A stretch of DNA of 64,000 nt from Bacteroidales bacterium (GTDB lineage: Bacteria > Bacteroidota > Bacteroidia > Bacteroidales > VadinHA17). The stretch is from assembly GCA_021738535.1 (NCBI GenBank), contig JAIPBU010000001.1, positions 70,220 through 134,219 on the forward strand, in the 5' to 3' direction. Both the position numbers and the translations under genes were made by a program. The notes under the pieces were generated by a model that saw nothing but the letters and a program-made list of their open reading frames with translations, ran no database searches and had not been told where the DNA came from. Shown here one piece after another: positions 19,931-29,483 of the stretch; within the stretch, counting starts at the first letter, position 1, and each line of letters opens with the position of its first letter.

Positions 19931-20611
19931 ATGAGAACTCTTGAAATTAATGCGGAGGCAAGAACGCAAACAGGAAAAAAAGAAACAAAAAGACTGAGAA
20001 AAGAAGGGAATGTCCCATGTGTAATGTATGGTGGAGATAAAAATATCCATTTCTATACACATGAGAATAATTTTAAAGACCTTGTTTATTCATCCAATGT
20101 TTACATTGTAACGGTCCATGTTAACGGTGAAACACACAAAGGTGTACTTAAAGACATCCAGTTTCACCCTGTTACAGACAAAATAATCCATATTGACTTT
20201 ATGGAGGTATATGATAACAAGCCTGTGACAATTGTTGTACCCGTTAACCTCGTGGGTGAATCAGTAGGTATAAAAGGCGGAGGAAAATTAAGGCTTAAGC
20301 GCAGGAGACTAGCCATACGCGGTCTGAGTGATGTATTACCTGACAAGCTTGACATTGATATCACGGATATGGATGTTGGCGATACAATCCAGATAAAAGA
20401 CCTTGAATATGAAGGTGTTGAAATCCTTGACCCTGCCAGGGCCATGGTTGTATCTGTTATATCATCCCGTATGGCTATGAAGGGAATGGAGATTCCTGAA
20501 GATACTGAAGAAGAAGGTGAAGAAGGTGAAGAAGGTGAAGAAGGTGCTGAAGGAACTGAAGGAACTGAAGGTGCTGAAGGTGCTGAAGAAAAAGAAGCTG
20601 AAGGCAAATAG
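19931..20611 (+). CDS. rplY: 50S ribosomal protein L25 / general stress protein Ctc, with an acidic repeat tail
   Basis: 226 aa. The Ctc-type two-domain L25 is followed by the tail EEEGEEGEEGEEGAEGTEGTEGAEGAEEKEAEGK. Confidence 0.93.
   Translation: MRTLEINAEARTQTGKKETKRLRKEGNVPCVMYGGDKNIHFYTHENNFKDLVYSSNVYIVTVHVNGETHKGVLKDIQFHPVTDKIIHIDFMEVYDNKPVTIVVPVNLVGESVGIKGGGKLRLKRRRLAIRGLSDVLPDKLDIDITDMDVGDTIQIKDLEYEGVEILDPARAMVVSVISSRMAMKGMEIPEDTEEEGEEGEEGEEGAEGTEGTEGAEGAEEKEAEGK
20510..20599 (+). repeat. In-frame 9-bp tandem repeat (about 10 units) encoding the L25 acidic tail
   Basis: gaagaaggt occurs 4 times, followed by gctgaagga, actgaagga, actgaaggt, gctgaaggt, gctgaagaa and aaagaagct. Confidence 0.85.
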
Positions 20612-20644
20612 GCTGATTTTATAACCTCAAAAAATCCCCCTGCC

Positions 20645-21259
20645 TTGAAGTACTTAATTACAGGACTGGGAAATATTGGTGATGATTATTTGAACACACG
20701 TCATAATATTGGATTTGCAATATTGGATGCCTGGGCCCGGGCATCCAATGTTGTTTTTGAGGACAGGCGCTACGGTGCAGTTACTGAAATTAAATACAGG
20801 GGGCGCACATTCAGGTTGCTTAAACCGTCAACCTTTGTTAACAGAAGTGGCAACGCTGTTAATTACTGGCTGAAAAAAGAAAAGTTAGGACAGGAAAGAC
20901 TGCTTGTGGTTGTTGATGATATATCCCTCCCTTTCGGCTTAATGAAGTTAAAATCAAAAGGGGGAGATGGCGGACATAATGGTTTGAGTCATATTAATAT
21001 GATTCTGGGTAACGGTAATTATTCAAGGCTCAGATTTGGTATCGGGAATGACTTCCCCACAGGAATGCAGGTTAATCACGTACTTGGTAAACTGAGTCAG
21101 GAGGAGGAGAAGATTCTGGAAGACAGACTCGACCTTGCAATAAATATCATAAAATCATTTGGCACAATAGGTACTGAACTGACAATGACCAGGTACAATA
21201 AAGAAGCAAAATCATTGGATAATGATGCAGCAAAGCAGAGAGGATCTGAGGATAGATAA
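20645..21259 (+). CDS. pth: Peptidyl-tRNA hydrolase
   Basis: 204 aa with a TTG start. It has GLGNIGDDYLNTRHNIGF and GHNG motifs. Confidence 0.92.
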   Translation: MKYLITGLGNIGDDYLNTRHNIGFAILDAWARASNVVFEDRRYGAVTEIKYRGRTFRLLKPSTFVNRSGNAVNYWLKKEKLGQERLLVVVDDISLPFGLMKLKSKGGDGGHNGLSHINMILGNGNYSRLRFGIGNDFPTGMQVNHVLGKLSQEEEKILEDRLDLAINIIKSFGTIGTELTMTRYNKEAKSLDNDAAKQRGSEDR

Positions 21260-21614
21260 GTTTTTGTGGTCGGTACGCTTATATAAAACAAGGAGTAAGG
21301 CAACAGAAGCATGTAAAAAAGGAAGGATATTTATAGGCGATATCGCTGTTAAAGCTTCGAGACAGGTAACAAAAGATGAAATTATAAAAGTTAAAAAGCC
21401 GCCTGTGCTTTACACTTACAGGATAAAAGAGCTGCCTGTTTCACGGATGTCAGCAAAACTGGCAGATGATTTTATCGAGGACCTTACTCCGGAAGATGAA
21501 AAGATTAAACTTGATCTTAAGCAGAAGGCGGGAATGAACAAACACAGGTACAAAGGCTCCGGAAGGCCTACAAAAAAGGACAGGCGTGATCTGGACAAGT
21601 TCAGGAACAGATAA
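21222..21614 (+). CDS. hslR: S4-domain RNA-binding protein (Hsp15-like)
   Basis: 130 aa with the S4 motif RIDKFLWSVRLYKTRS. It overlaps the pth 3' end by 38 nt. The exact start is uncertain. Confidence 0.8.
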   Translation: MMQQSREDLRIDKFLWSVRLYKTRSKATEACKKGRIFIGDIAVKASRQVTKDEIIKVKKPPVLYTYRIKELPVSRMSAKLADDFIEDLTPEDEKIKLDLKQKAGMNKHRYKGSGRPTKKDRRDLDKFRNR

Positions 21615-21626
21615 ATAAAGGGTGTT

Positions 21627-22970
21627 ATGGGGAAAAATAATATAGAAAAGTATTCAGCCGGTTATTCTGCCTTGAAAAATGTTGCAAGACTCTGGCATAA
21701 TTATATTTACTACCGTAGAGTTATAGTTATAGGACGCGAGAATCTAAAAAGCGATTCACCGAGGATTATTGCACCAAACCACCAGAATGCACTGATGGAT
21801 GCAATGGCCATTGTATCATCAGTAAGAGGCAGGCAGGTATATCTTGCGCGTGCGGATATTTTTAAAAAGAATTATATTGCCAGGATACTGTACTTCCTTA
21901 AAATACTTCCGGTATACCGCATAAGGGATGGTTACCAGAGTCTTAAAAACAATGATGATATTTTTGATAAAACAATCGATGTACTAAAAAACAATATACC
22001 CCTGGTGATCTTACCTGAAGGTAATCATGCCGGGTACAGGCGCCTGCGTCAGCTAAAAAAAGGGATATTCAGGATAGCATTGCAAACTGAAGAGGCAGAA
22101 AATTTTAAACTGGGAGTTAAAATAATACCTGTTGGGCTGGATTATTCTGATTACCACCGTTACAGGTCAGTACTGACAGTTATCTACGGAGAACCCATTA
22201 ATGCAGATGAATACCGTGAACTTTTTAAAGAGAACCCTCAACTTGCATATAATGCTTTCAGGAAAAGACTGTCAGATGAGCTCAAAAAATACATGGTGCA
22301 TATTTCATCTGAAAAAGATTATGAAGCACTCAATGAACTAAGGGAAATAATCAACGGCCGGTTTTGCAAGAGCAGGGAGCTGCCAAAAGTAAAGAGGGAT
22401 AAAAAGCTTATCACTCAGATGGAGGCTCTCGAAAAAAAGAGTAATGATAAATACAGGGATATTTGCAAGAGCTCGCTAAAGATCAGGGATCTTGCCCGCA
22501 AGTTAAATGTAGGATACTACCATCTGAACCGCAGCAGACCCAGCTTTGTACTGCACATGCTTGCAATTGGCGGATTAATAGCACTTGTTCCTCTTTTTCT
22601 TTTTGGCTGGATACTGAATTATGCCTTTTACAAAATACCTAAACTGCCCCTTAAAGGGATCAAGGACAAAATGTTCCATGGTTCAATAAGGTATGTCATT
22701 TCACTGGTACTGGGATTAGTGTTCCTGCCGGTTTACGCTATTATTGCTTTTTCCTTTATACCATACTGGTGGCTTGCCCTTATTATTATAGTCCTGATTA
22801 TCCCGGCAGGCATTTTTACATGGAACTATACCCTGATGTGGCAAAAACTATTTGAAAGAATACGTGTAAGGAAGTATATTAACAGGAATAACCCGGATTA
22901 CTTAAAACTGCGAAAAGAGTATTCTGACCTGCATGAAAAAATAAGGATGATAGAGGATGAAATCGCTTAA
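21627..22970 (+). CDS. Lysophospholipid (1-acyl-sn-glycerol-3-phosphate-type) acyltransferase family protein with C-terminal TM segments
   Basis: 447 aa. It has the acyltransferase block APNHQNALMD and LPEGNH, plus C-terminal hydrophobic helices. Confidence 0.75.
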   Translation: MGKNNIEKYSAGYSALKNVARLWHNYIYYRRVIVIGRENLKSDSPRIIAPNHQNALMDAMAIVSSVRGRQVYLARADIFKKNYIARILYFLKILPVYRIRDGYQSLKNNDDIFDKTIDVLKNNIPLVILPEGNHAGYRRLRQLKKGIFRIALQTEEAENFKLGVKIIPVGLDYSDYHRYRSVLTVIYGEPINADEYRELFKENPQLAYNAFRKRLSDELKKYMVHISSEKDYEALNELREIINGRFCKSRELPKVKRDKKLITQMEALEKKSNDKYRDICKSSLKIRDLARKLNVGYYHLNRSRPSFVLHMLAIGGLIALVPLFLFGWILNYAFYKIPKLPLKGIKDKMFHGSIRYVISLVLGLVFLPVYAIIAFSFIPYWWLALIIIVLIIPAGIFTWNYTLMWQKLFERIRVRKYINRNNPDYLKLRKEYSDLHEKIRMIEDEIA

Positions 22971-23754
22971 AAATAAAATTTACTGGGTTACGGGTGCTTC
23001 ATCAGGGATTGGTAAGGCACTGGTCCTTGAACTGCTGAGAAGAGAAGCTACGGTTATTGCCTCCAGCAATATGACGGATGAGCTTATGGAGGTAAAAAGT
23101 AAATGTAGCACGGGCAGTGAACGAATGAGTACGGTTGTTTTTGACCTTGCAAGCACTGATAATATAGAACATATTGTTGAAGAGCAGTATCACAGGCACG
23201 GACGCATTGATGTGCTGATAAACCTGGGAGGTATCAGTCACAGGTCAAAAATAACAGATACTGCTATCTGGCTGGACCGCAGGGTAATGGAAATTAATTA
23301 TTTTGGCACCATAGCACTCAGCAAGGCTGTATTGCCGTATATGATAAAGCAAAAATCCGGGCATATCTGTGCAACAAGCAGCATTGCAGGTCGATTCGGT
23401 TTCCCTTTGCGCTCAGCTTATTCAGCATCGAAACAGGCCCTGCATGGTTTTTTTGAAACACTGCATATTGAAAACAGGAAGAATAATGTAAAAGCTTCGG
23501 TCATAATACCCGGCAGGGTAAGAACAAACATATCCGTTAATGCATTAACGGCAAGTGGTGAAAAACATGGTAAGATGGATGCCGGACAGGCATCGGGTAT
23601 TAGCCCTGAAAAGGCTGCAAGGATTATAATACAGGGTATAAAAAGAAATAAAAGAGAGATACTGGTAGGGGGGAAAGAATTAATTATGCTCCACATAAGG
23701 AGGTTTTTTCCACGTATTTTCTTTAATATTGCAGGAAAGATCAAACCAGAATAG
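22957..23754 (+). CDS. SDR-family oxidoreductase
   Basis: 265 aa with TGASSGIGKA and the catalytic YSASK. Confidence 0.88.
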   Translation: MKSLKNKIYWVTGASSGIGKALVLELLRREATVIASSNMTDELMEVKSKCSTGSERMSTVVFDLASTDNIEHIVEEQYHRHGRIDVLINLGGISHRSKITDTAIWLDRRVMEINYFGTIALSKAVLPYMIKQKSGHICATSSIAGRFGFPLRSAYSASKQALHGFFETLHIENRKNNVKASVIIPGRVRTNISVNALTASGEKHGKMDAGQASGISPEKAARIIIQGIKRNKREILVGGKELIMLHIRRFFPRIFFNIAGKIKPE

Positions 23755-23803
23755 AATAAGTGCAGTAAATAATTACTGCTTTAACTGAAGAAAAGCTATT
23801 AAT

Positions 23804-24880
23804 ATGAAGAACTATATAATAAGTGGCATACAGCAGATGGGTGTAGGTGTAAAAAACCTTCACGAAGCGTGGGAATGGTACAGGAAATTTTTCGGCATGG
23901 ATATACCGATCTTTGAGGAAGAGGCGGAAGCAAAGCTGATGCTACCATATACAGGCGGAAAACCGAGGAAAAGACATGCTGTTCTGGCCATGAACCTGCA
24001 AAGTGGAGGAGGGTTTGAGATATGGCAATACAAGGGCAGACAACCCGTGGAGGCCAGGAACATGATACAGGCAGGCGACCTGGGAATATTTGCCTGCAAA
24101 ATGAAAGTAAAAAATATTTCTGAAACACTCGATCAATACAGGAATAAAGGCGCCGGTATTATTTGTGATCCCGTAAATGATCCGATGGGCAGGAAGACAT
24201 TTTTCATTAAAGATCCGTATAATAACATTTTCCAGCTTGTGGAAGCCTCTGACTGGTTCCTTAATGAGAAAAAAGTTACCGGAGGATCATACGGTGCAGT
24301 TATTGGTGTAAGCGATATTGAAAAAGCACTCAAAGTATATTCGGGGATACTGGGATACGATAAGGTTGTATACGACAAGACCGGAAAATTCGATGATTTT
24401 TGTAAACTTCCCGGGGGCGATGATACCTTCAGGAGGGTATTGCTCAAACGCAGTAAACCCTTCAGTGGAGCTTTTAGTAAACTATTCGGTGAAAGTGTAA
24501 TAGAACTTGTAAGTGTACAGGGGCGCAAGCCTGAGAAAATATACCAGGACCGTTACTGGGGTGATCCCGGTTTTATCCACCTTTGTTATGACATTAAAGG
24601 CATGGATCAGCTAAAAGAACACTGCCTGAGGGAAGGTCATGCGTTTACTGTTGACAGCAAAACGGGTCATGATGAAGAAGGTTTTGACATGGGTGAAGCA
24701 GCAGGTCATTTTGCCTATATTGAAGATCCTGACGGCACATTAATAGAATTTGTGGAAACCCTGAAGATTCCTATCAGCAAGAAACTGGGATGGTACCTGG
24801 ACCTCAGCAAAAGGAAACCTGAGAAGTCACTTCCTAACTGGATTATAAAGACACTGCGCTACTCTCGTGTGAAAGAGTAG
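23804..24880 (+). CDS. VOC (glyoxalase/bleomycin-resistance/dioxygenase) family protein
   Basis: 358 aa with tandem VOC-like beta-alpha-beta-beta-beta modules (MGVGVKNL..., AVIGVSDIEKA..., FAYIEDPDGTLIEFVE). Confidence 0.65.
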   Translation: MKNYIISGIQQMGVGVKNLHEAWEWYRKFFGMDIPIFEEEAEAKLMLPYTGGKPRKRHAVLAMNLQSGGGFEIWQYKGRQPVEARNMIQAGDLGIFACKMKVKNISETLDQYRNKGAGIICDPVNDPMGRKTFFIKDPYNNIFQLVEASDWFLNEKKVTGGSYGAVIGVSDIEKALKVYSGILGYDKVVYDKTGKFDDFCKLPGGDDTFRRVLLKRSKPFSGAFSKLFGESVIELVSVQGRKPEKIYQDRYWGDPGFIHLCYDIKGMDQLKEHCLREGHAFTVDSKTGHDEEGFDMGEAAGHFAYIEDPDGTLIEFVETLKIPISKKLGWYLDLSKRKPEKSLPNWIIKTLRYSRVKE

Positions 24881-24896
24881 CCATGCATATAATGCA

Positions 24897-26108
24897 TCAG
24901 AGTTGTGATAACTCTTCATTCTTTCTCAGGACGCGCATAATGTTACCGCCCCATATTTTTGATATTTCTGTACGTGAATAACCCCTGCGGATAAGCTCAT
25001 GTGTAATATTTTTCATCTGGGATACATCTCGCACGTCTTCAATTCCCCCTCCCCCGTCGAAATCGCTTCCAATACCAACGTGGTCAATCCCTATAAGCTG
25101 AACCACATGATCAATATGGTCAACTGCATCTTTAACGGTTGCCAGCTTACGGTATTTATTCCTTACCTGGTAATATTCCTTTCTTGCCTGTTCAAACTCC
25201 GCCTCGCTCAATCCTTCAAAATCATTATACTTCTCACGCAACTCTTTCATTTTCTGATCCAGTACGGGATTGGGCTCGGGTTGTTTAAGATAGTTACTGA
25301 GTATGCATATCTGGATAACACCCCCGTTATCTTTAAGGGCAAGCAACATATCATCATCAAGGTTCCTGGGACTCTCGCATAAGGCACGGCATGATGAATG
25401 AGATGCTATTACCGGGGCATTACTTAGCTCAATAACATCATAAAAAGCCTGGTCAGATATATGGGATACATCCACCATCATTCCCAGGCGGTTCATTTCC
25501 TGAACTACCTGTTCCCCGAACACAGACAATCCATTATGTTCAGGACCGAGATCGTCAGTTGAGGAATCACAGATATCATTATTTCTTGAATGCGAAAGAG
25601 TGATATAGCGGGCTCCCATATTATAAAACTCTTCGACTCTCGAAATATCCTTAGCAATGGGATAACCGTTCTCTATACCAATAAAAGCAATCCGTTTCCC
25701 GGCCTTTTTTATTCGATAGGCATCATCTGCAGTGTATGCCACTTCAGCCATATCTGAGTTCTTCTCCACATTGGTATGTATCTTTTCAAAGATCTCAATA
25801 GTCCTGTTGTATACTTCCCTGTAAGCCGTGTCATTTCTTGGTCCCTGACCTAAAAATACAGCAAAGAATTCCGCATCCAGTCCGCCCTCAACCATCCTGG
25901 GAAAATCAACACAACCATCATCATTCCTCTTGCCAAGGTCAAAGTCGGAGCGCACAAGCCTCATGGGCGTGTCACAATGAGTGTCAACCGTAAGAACGGC
26001 ATCATGTATCCTTTCAGCTTTCCTGCTGATCCTCTCCTCCTGGTCGCCGCAGGCATTCATGGTAAGTAAAAAGACTGCGAGTATAAAAAGTGATATCCTG
26101 TTTTTCAT
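24897..26108 (-). CDS. Membrane dipeptidase (peptidase family M19), lipoprotein
   Basis: 403 aa with a lipobox (LTMNAC). It has HCDTP, DVSH, ASHSS and GSDFDG motifs. Confidence 0.9.
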   Translation of the reverse strand: MKNRISLFILAVFLLTMNACGDQEERISRKAERIHDAVLTVDTHCDTPMRLVRSDFDLGKRNDDGCVDFPRMVEGGLDAEFFAVFLGQGPRNDTAYREVYNRTIEIFEKIHTNVEKNSDMAEVAYTADDAYRIKKAGKRIAFIGIENGYPIAKDISRVEEFYNMGARYITLSHSRNNDICDSSTDDLGPEHNGLSVFGEQVVQEMNRLGMMVDVSHISDQAFYDVIELSNAPVIASHSSCRALCESPRNLDDDMLLALKDNGGVIQICILSNYLKQPEPNPVLDQKMKELREKYNDFEGLSEAEFEQARKEYYQVRNKYRKLATVKDAVDHIDHVVQLIGIDHVGIGSDFDGGGGIEDVRDVSQMKNITHELIRRGYSRTEISKIWGGNIMRVLRKNEELSQL

Positions 26109-26197
26109 CTTTTTTAGTTATTAATTTGCAGATGACCAAAATTAGAGAAAATGTATAAGAGGATAGAATAAAAAAAGCTATTTAAAAACAGCTTTTT

Positions 26198-26229
26198 ACA
26201 AAGAAGCCCCTGACATTTAAGCCAGGGGC
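26198..26229 (-). terminator. Putative intrinsic terminator after the small T9SS cargo gene
   Basis: Stem gcccctg (26206-26212) pairs with caggggc (26223-26229). UUCUUUGU follows on the minus strand. A second AT-rich hairpin lies at about 26173-26198. Confidence 0.5.
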
Positions 26230-26283
26230 AGCCATGAAAAGAATGGAAAAATTGCTTTTGGACAGTAAAAGCGTCTTCTAAGC

Positions 26284-26781
26284 TTAGAGCTTAATTACTT
26301 TATAAATATTCATTTTGTTACCATTCTGTATCCTAAGGAAATATGTTCCGGACGGATACTTCTGCATATAAATTTCATCTACCAGGACTCCGGGTTTCAT
26401 TGTTTTATTAAACACTAGCCGGCCGTCGGGTCCTGACAAAAATAATAAAGTTTCTCCGTTTAAGGGCTCCGAGAACCGTATATTTAATATTTCACTGGCA
26501 GGGTTCGGATATATCTTAACTTCAACGCCAAGGTCCGGATTTATATCTATACCTTCGACGATAAGTTTTGATTGCTGAAAACCCTGTGTCAGTATCAGAT
26601 CTCCACCGGATGATGAAACAGTTGTAACAACCAGTTCTCCAAGCGTCCAGCTCAATGAAATGCTGTTATCAGCAGAAACATCATAACCCCCGGCACTGGA
26701 TATTACATTCTGGTCAACGTTTTGTGCACTAAGGCCGATGAAAAGTATGCAGGCAGCGAAAAGAGCAAATACTTTTTTCAT
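26284..26781 (-). CDS. Small secreted protein with a T9SS type A C-terminal sorting domain
   Basis: 165 aa with a signal peptide (GLSAQ). The C-terminal ~80 aa read KIYPNPASEILNIRF...GTYFLRIQNGNKMNIYKVIKL, typical of a Por secretion tail. Confidence 0.8.
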   Translation of the reverse strand: MKKVFALFAACILFIGLSAQNVDQNVISSAGGYDVSADNSISLSWTLGELVVTTVSSSGGDLILTQGFQQSKLIVEGIDINPDLGVEVKIYPNPASEILNIRFSEPLNGETLLFLSGPDGRLVFNKTMKPGVLVDEIYMQKYPSGTYFLRIQNGNKMNIYKVIKL

Positions 26782-26988
26782 AGGGATAAGAATAAATTGA
26801 TACTTCTTGTAAATTTATGAAAAAAAGGTTCAAAAAGCAATATTGATAAACTTATTTCAATCAACAGCCCTAAAGCTTACACCAATTAAATAATTATGAT
26901 GGTGAATATGCCCCTATGATTGTATTGTTTTTCGTCAGTGACCAGATTAATGTTCCCGGTAGACATAAAAAGTGCTATTTTTGTCGTC

Positions 26989-27873
26989 ATGTTGTTAAAG
27001 GATAGACTCATTAACTGGTCCATATTATTGCTGTTATCACTTACCTGGGGATCTTCATTCATTTTGATGAAGAAGGGACTTCGTTCTTTTGACCCATTGC
27101 AGATAGCATCACTGAGAATATTTATCAGTTACATTTTCCTGATGCCGTTTGCCATCAGGAACCTGGGAATGATTAACAGGCATAATATTATCAGCCTCAT
27201 AATAATCGGACTGGTTGGTAATGCCTTCCCGGCTTTTCTCTATCCTCTTGCACAAAAACAGCTTGACAGCTCTGTAGCCGGTATGCTTAATGCTCTGACT
27301 CCTCTTTTTACCTTGATTACCGGTGTTGTTATCTACTCACGCAAAGCCAGGTGGAAGCAGGTTGCAGGGATAATGCTGGGACTGACAGGAGCTGCAGGTT
27401 TGCTTTACAGGGGATCGTTTTCATTTGAACCTGTTGGCCTGCTTATTGTTCTCGCCACATTTTTTTATGGCATCAGTTCAAACCAGGTAACACTTATAAG
27501 GGGAATAAACGGCCTCACCATAACTGCACTGGCATTTTTTCTTGTGGGACCGCTGGCAGGGGTATCATTACTTCTGACTGATACAGAAGCAGCAATGCAG
27601 ACGCAAAACTGGCTGCTTAATCTCGGCTTTATCTCCATCCTTTCTGTCTTTGGGTCAGGGATAGCGGTAGCACTGTTTAATATACTAATTATCAGAACAT
27701 CCCCGGTATATGCCACATCAGTTACTTACCTGGCCCCTGTGATATCCACGGCCTGGGGTTTCACTGACGGTGAAAATATTACGCTATTCATGATTATTTC
27801 AGTAATTTGCATCCTGGCCGGTGTATACCTTACTATTCAGAGGAATAATAAAGCAAAAAAGCAGCAGCAATGA
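26989..27873 (+). CDS. EamA/DMT-family transporter
   Basis: It has 10 predicted TM helices and two EamA-like halves. The start is set at the ATG at 26989 (MLLKDRLINW...). A TATTTTTG -7-like box at 26976-26983 lies just upstream. The stop overlaps the lnt start (ATGA). Confidence 0.8.
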   Translation: MLLKDRLINWSILLLLSLTWGSSFILMKKGLRSFDPLQIASLRIFISYIFLMPFAIRNLGMINRHNIISLIIIGLVGNAFPAFLYPLAQKQLDSSVAGMLNALTPLFTLITGVVIYSRKARWKQVAGIMLGLTGAAGLLYRGSFSFEPVGLLIVLATFFYGISSNQVTLIRGINGLTITALAFFLVGPLAGVSLLLTDTEAAMQTQNWLLNLGFISILSVFGSGIAVALFNILIIRTSPVYATSVTYLAPVISTAWGFTDGENITLFMIISVICILAGVYLTIQRNNKAKKQQQ

Positions 27874-29483
27874 GAAATAAAATCTGGCTTGTGTCGGTTG
27901 TAGGAGGCCTTCTTTGCAGCTTAGGATGGTACGAAAAAGCTACAGGCCTTATTATGCTTACTGCATTCGTGCCCTTTCTTTATATCTTTCAATACAGCTA
28001 TAATGAGAAAGCAGGCAGCAGCCTGGTATTTCTGAGGGTGTTGCCTGGATTCATAATATTTAACCTGCTAACGATTTCATGGCTGCGGAACGCCAGCACA
28101 GCCGGGGCAATATACGCCGTTCTGGCAGGAGCCTTCCTTATGTCCATGGTATTCTGGCTTTCATCAGTAATCTACAGAAGAGGGACATCTTTCCTGGGCT
28201 ATGCCAGTATTATTACCTTCTGGCTCATGATGGAACACCTTAACAACTCTGTGAGTATACTTACACCATGGCTGAATCTTGGTAATGCGCTGGGCAGGGA
28301 TATATTTTTTATACAGTGGTATGACATAAGCGGAGTTGCAGGCGGCAGCCTCTGGATATTGCTCGTTAATATTGCACTGTTTTTCCTGATTTTCAGAAAA
28401 GAAAAAGTTAAAAGAACATACCGGGTAAGCCTGGCAGCATCCCTTTTAATAATAATTCTGCCTGTTACTTTCTCACTTGTTAAGTATTTTCAAAGGCCTG
28501 AAGACCTTAAGTCCGCTGAATTTGTAATTGTTCAGCCAAATATTGATCCTTACAATGAAAAATTCAGTTCTCTTTCATTTGAAGAACAACTATCCGGAAT
28601 GCTGGAGATGGCAAAAAGCAAAGCGGGCAAAAACACTGATTGGATAATACTGCCTGAAACCGCTATTGATGATCCCTTCTATGAGGAGAACGTAAGAAAC
28701 ACCAGGTATTATAATATGATAGACAGCCTTTTACAAGAGTTTCCTTCAGCAAGCTTAATTACGGGTGCCACTACAATGCGCAGTTATCACAGCTCAGCAA
28801 CTAAGAGGCCTGTTGACAGTAAGAGGATAGACAGCAGTAATGTCTTTTATTCCTTGCATAATGCTGCCATGCACATCATGCCCGGAGGCGGTGTAGAATT
28901 CTATCATAAGTCGAAACTGGTACCGGGCATTGAAAAAAAGATAAGAAGACTCCCGGGCTTCCTCAGTGACAGGCTAATTCCCGACCTGGGGGGGACTATG
29001 GCGGGTTACAGCGGCCAGGAAGAAAGAACGGTATTTATGCACCCCGGTGATTCTTCCTTTGTGGCTCCTGTTATTTGCTATGAATCAGTATATGGCGATT
29101 TTGTCGCCCGGTATGGCCGGAAAGAGGCTGATTATATTGTTATTATAACCAACGACGGCTGGTGGGACAATACCCAGGGGTACAGGCAGCACCTGATGTT
29201 TGCCCGTATCAGGGCCATAGAAAACAGGATGCCAGTGATCAGGGCCGCTAATACAGGGATATCCTGTTTTATTGACGGCAGGGGCAACATTCTGAAAAGT
29301 GCCGGCTGGTGGGAGAAGGCGGTTATGAAACAAGAAACAGGAAGCCGTTATGATATGAGCTTCTATACCAAAAACGGCGATTACATCTACAGGTTTATTA
29401 CAATCTTCGGTGTTTTCGTACTTGTAATAACCTTTGTTGCCGCACCAATAAGAAAACTCAGGGATCCTCAGAATTTCGAGTAA
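27870..29483 (+). CDS. lnt: Apolipoprotein N-acyltransferase
   Basis: 537 aa with an N-terminal polytopic domain and a CN-hydrolase domain carrying the catalytic Cys in VICYESVYGD. Confidence 0.9.
   Translation: MRNKIWLVSVVGGLLCSLGWYEKATGLIMLTAFVPFLYIFQYSYNEKAGSSLVFLRVLPGFIIFNLLTISWLRNASTAGAIYAVLAGAFLMSMVFWLSSVIYRRGTSFLGYASIITFWLMMEHLNNSVSILTPWLNLGNALGRDIFFIQWYDISGVAGGSLWILLVNIALFFLIFRKEKVKRTYRVSLAASLLIIILPVTFSLVKYFQRPEDLKSAEFVIVQPNIDPYNEKFSSLSFEEQLSGMLEMAKSKAGKNTDWIILPETAIDDPFYEENVRNTRYYNMIDSLLQEFPSASLITGATTMRSYHSSATKRPVDSKRIDSSNVFYSLHNAAMHIMPGGGVEFYHKSKLVPGIEKKIRRLPGFLSDRLIPDLGGTMAGYSGQEERTVFMHPGDSSFVAPVICYESVYGDFVARYGRKEADYIVIITNDGWWDNTQGYRQHLMFARIRAIENRMPVIRAANTGISCFIDGRGNILKSAGWWEKAVMKQETGSRYDMSFYTKNGDYIYRFITIFGVFVLVITFVAAPIRKLRDPQNFE

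Noticed and set aside
20164-20607. 147-aa minus-strand ORF rich in S/P/A (MPSASFSSAPSAPSVPS...)
   Set aside because: It is the antisense reading of the rplY acidic 9-bp repeat and the L25 core, and it has low-complexity composition. It is an artefact.
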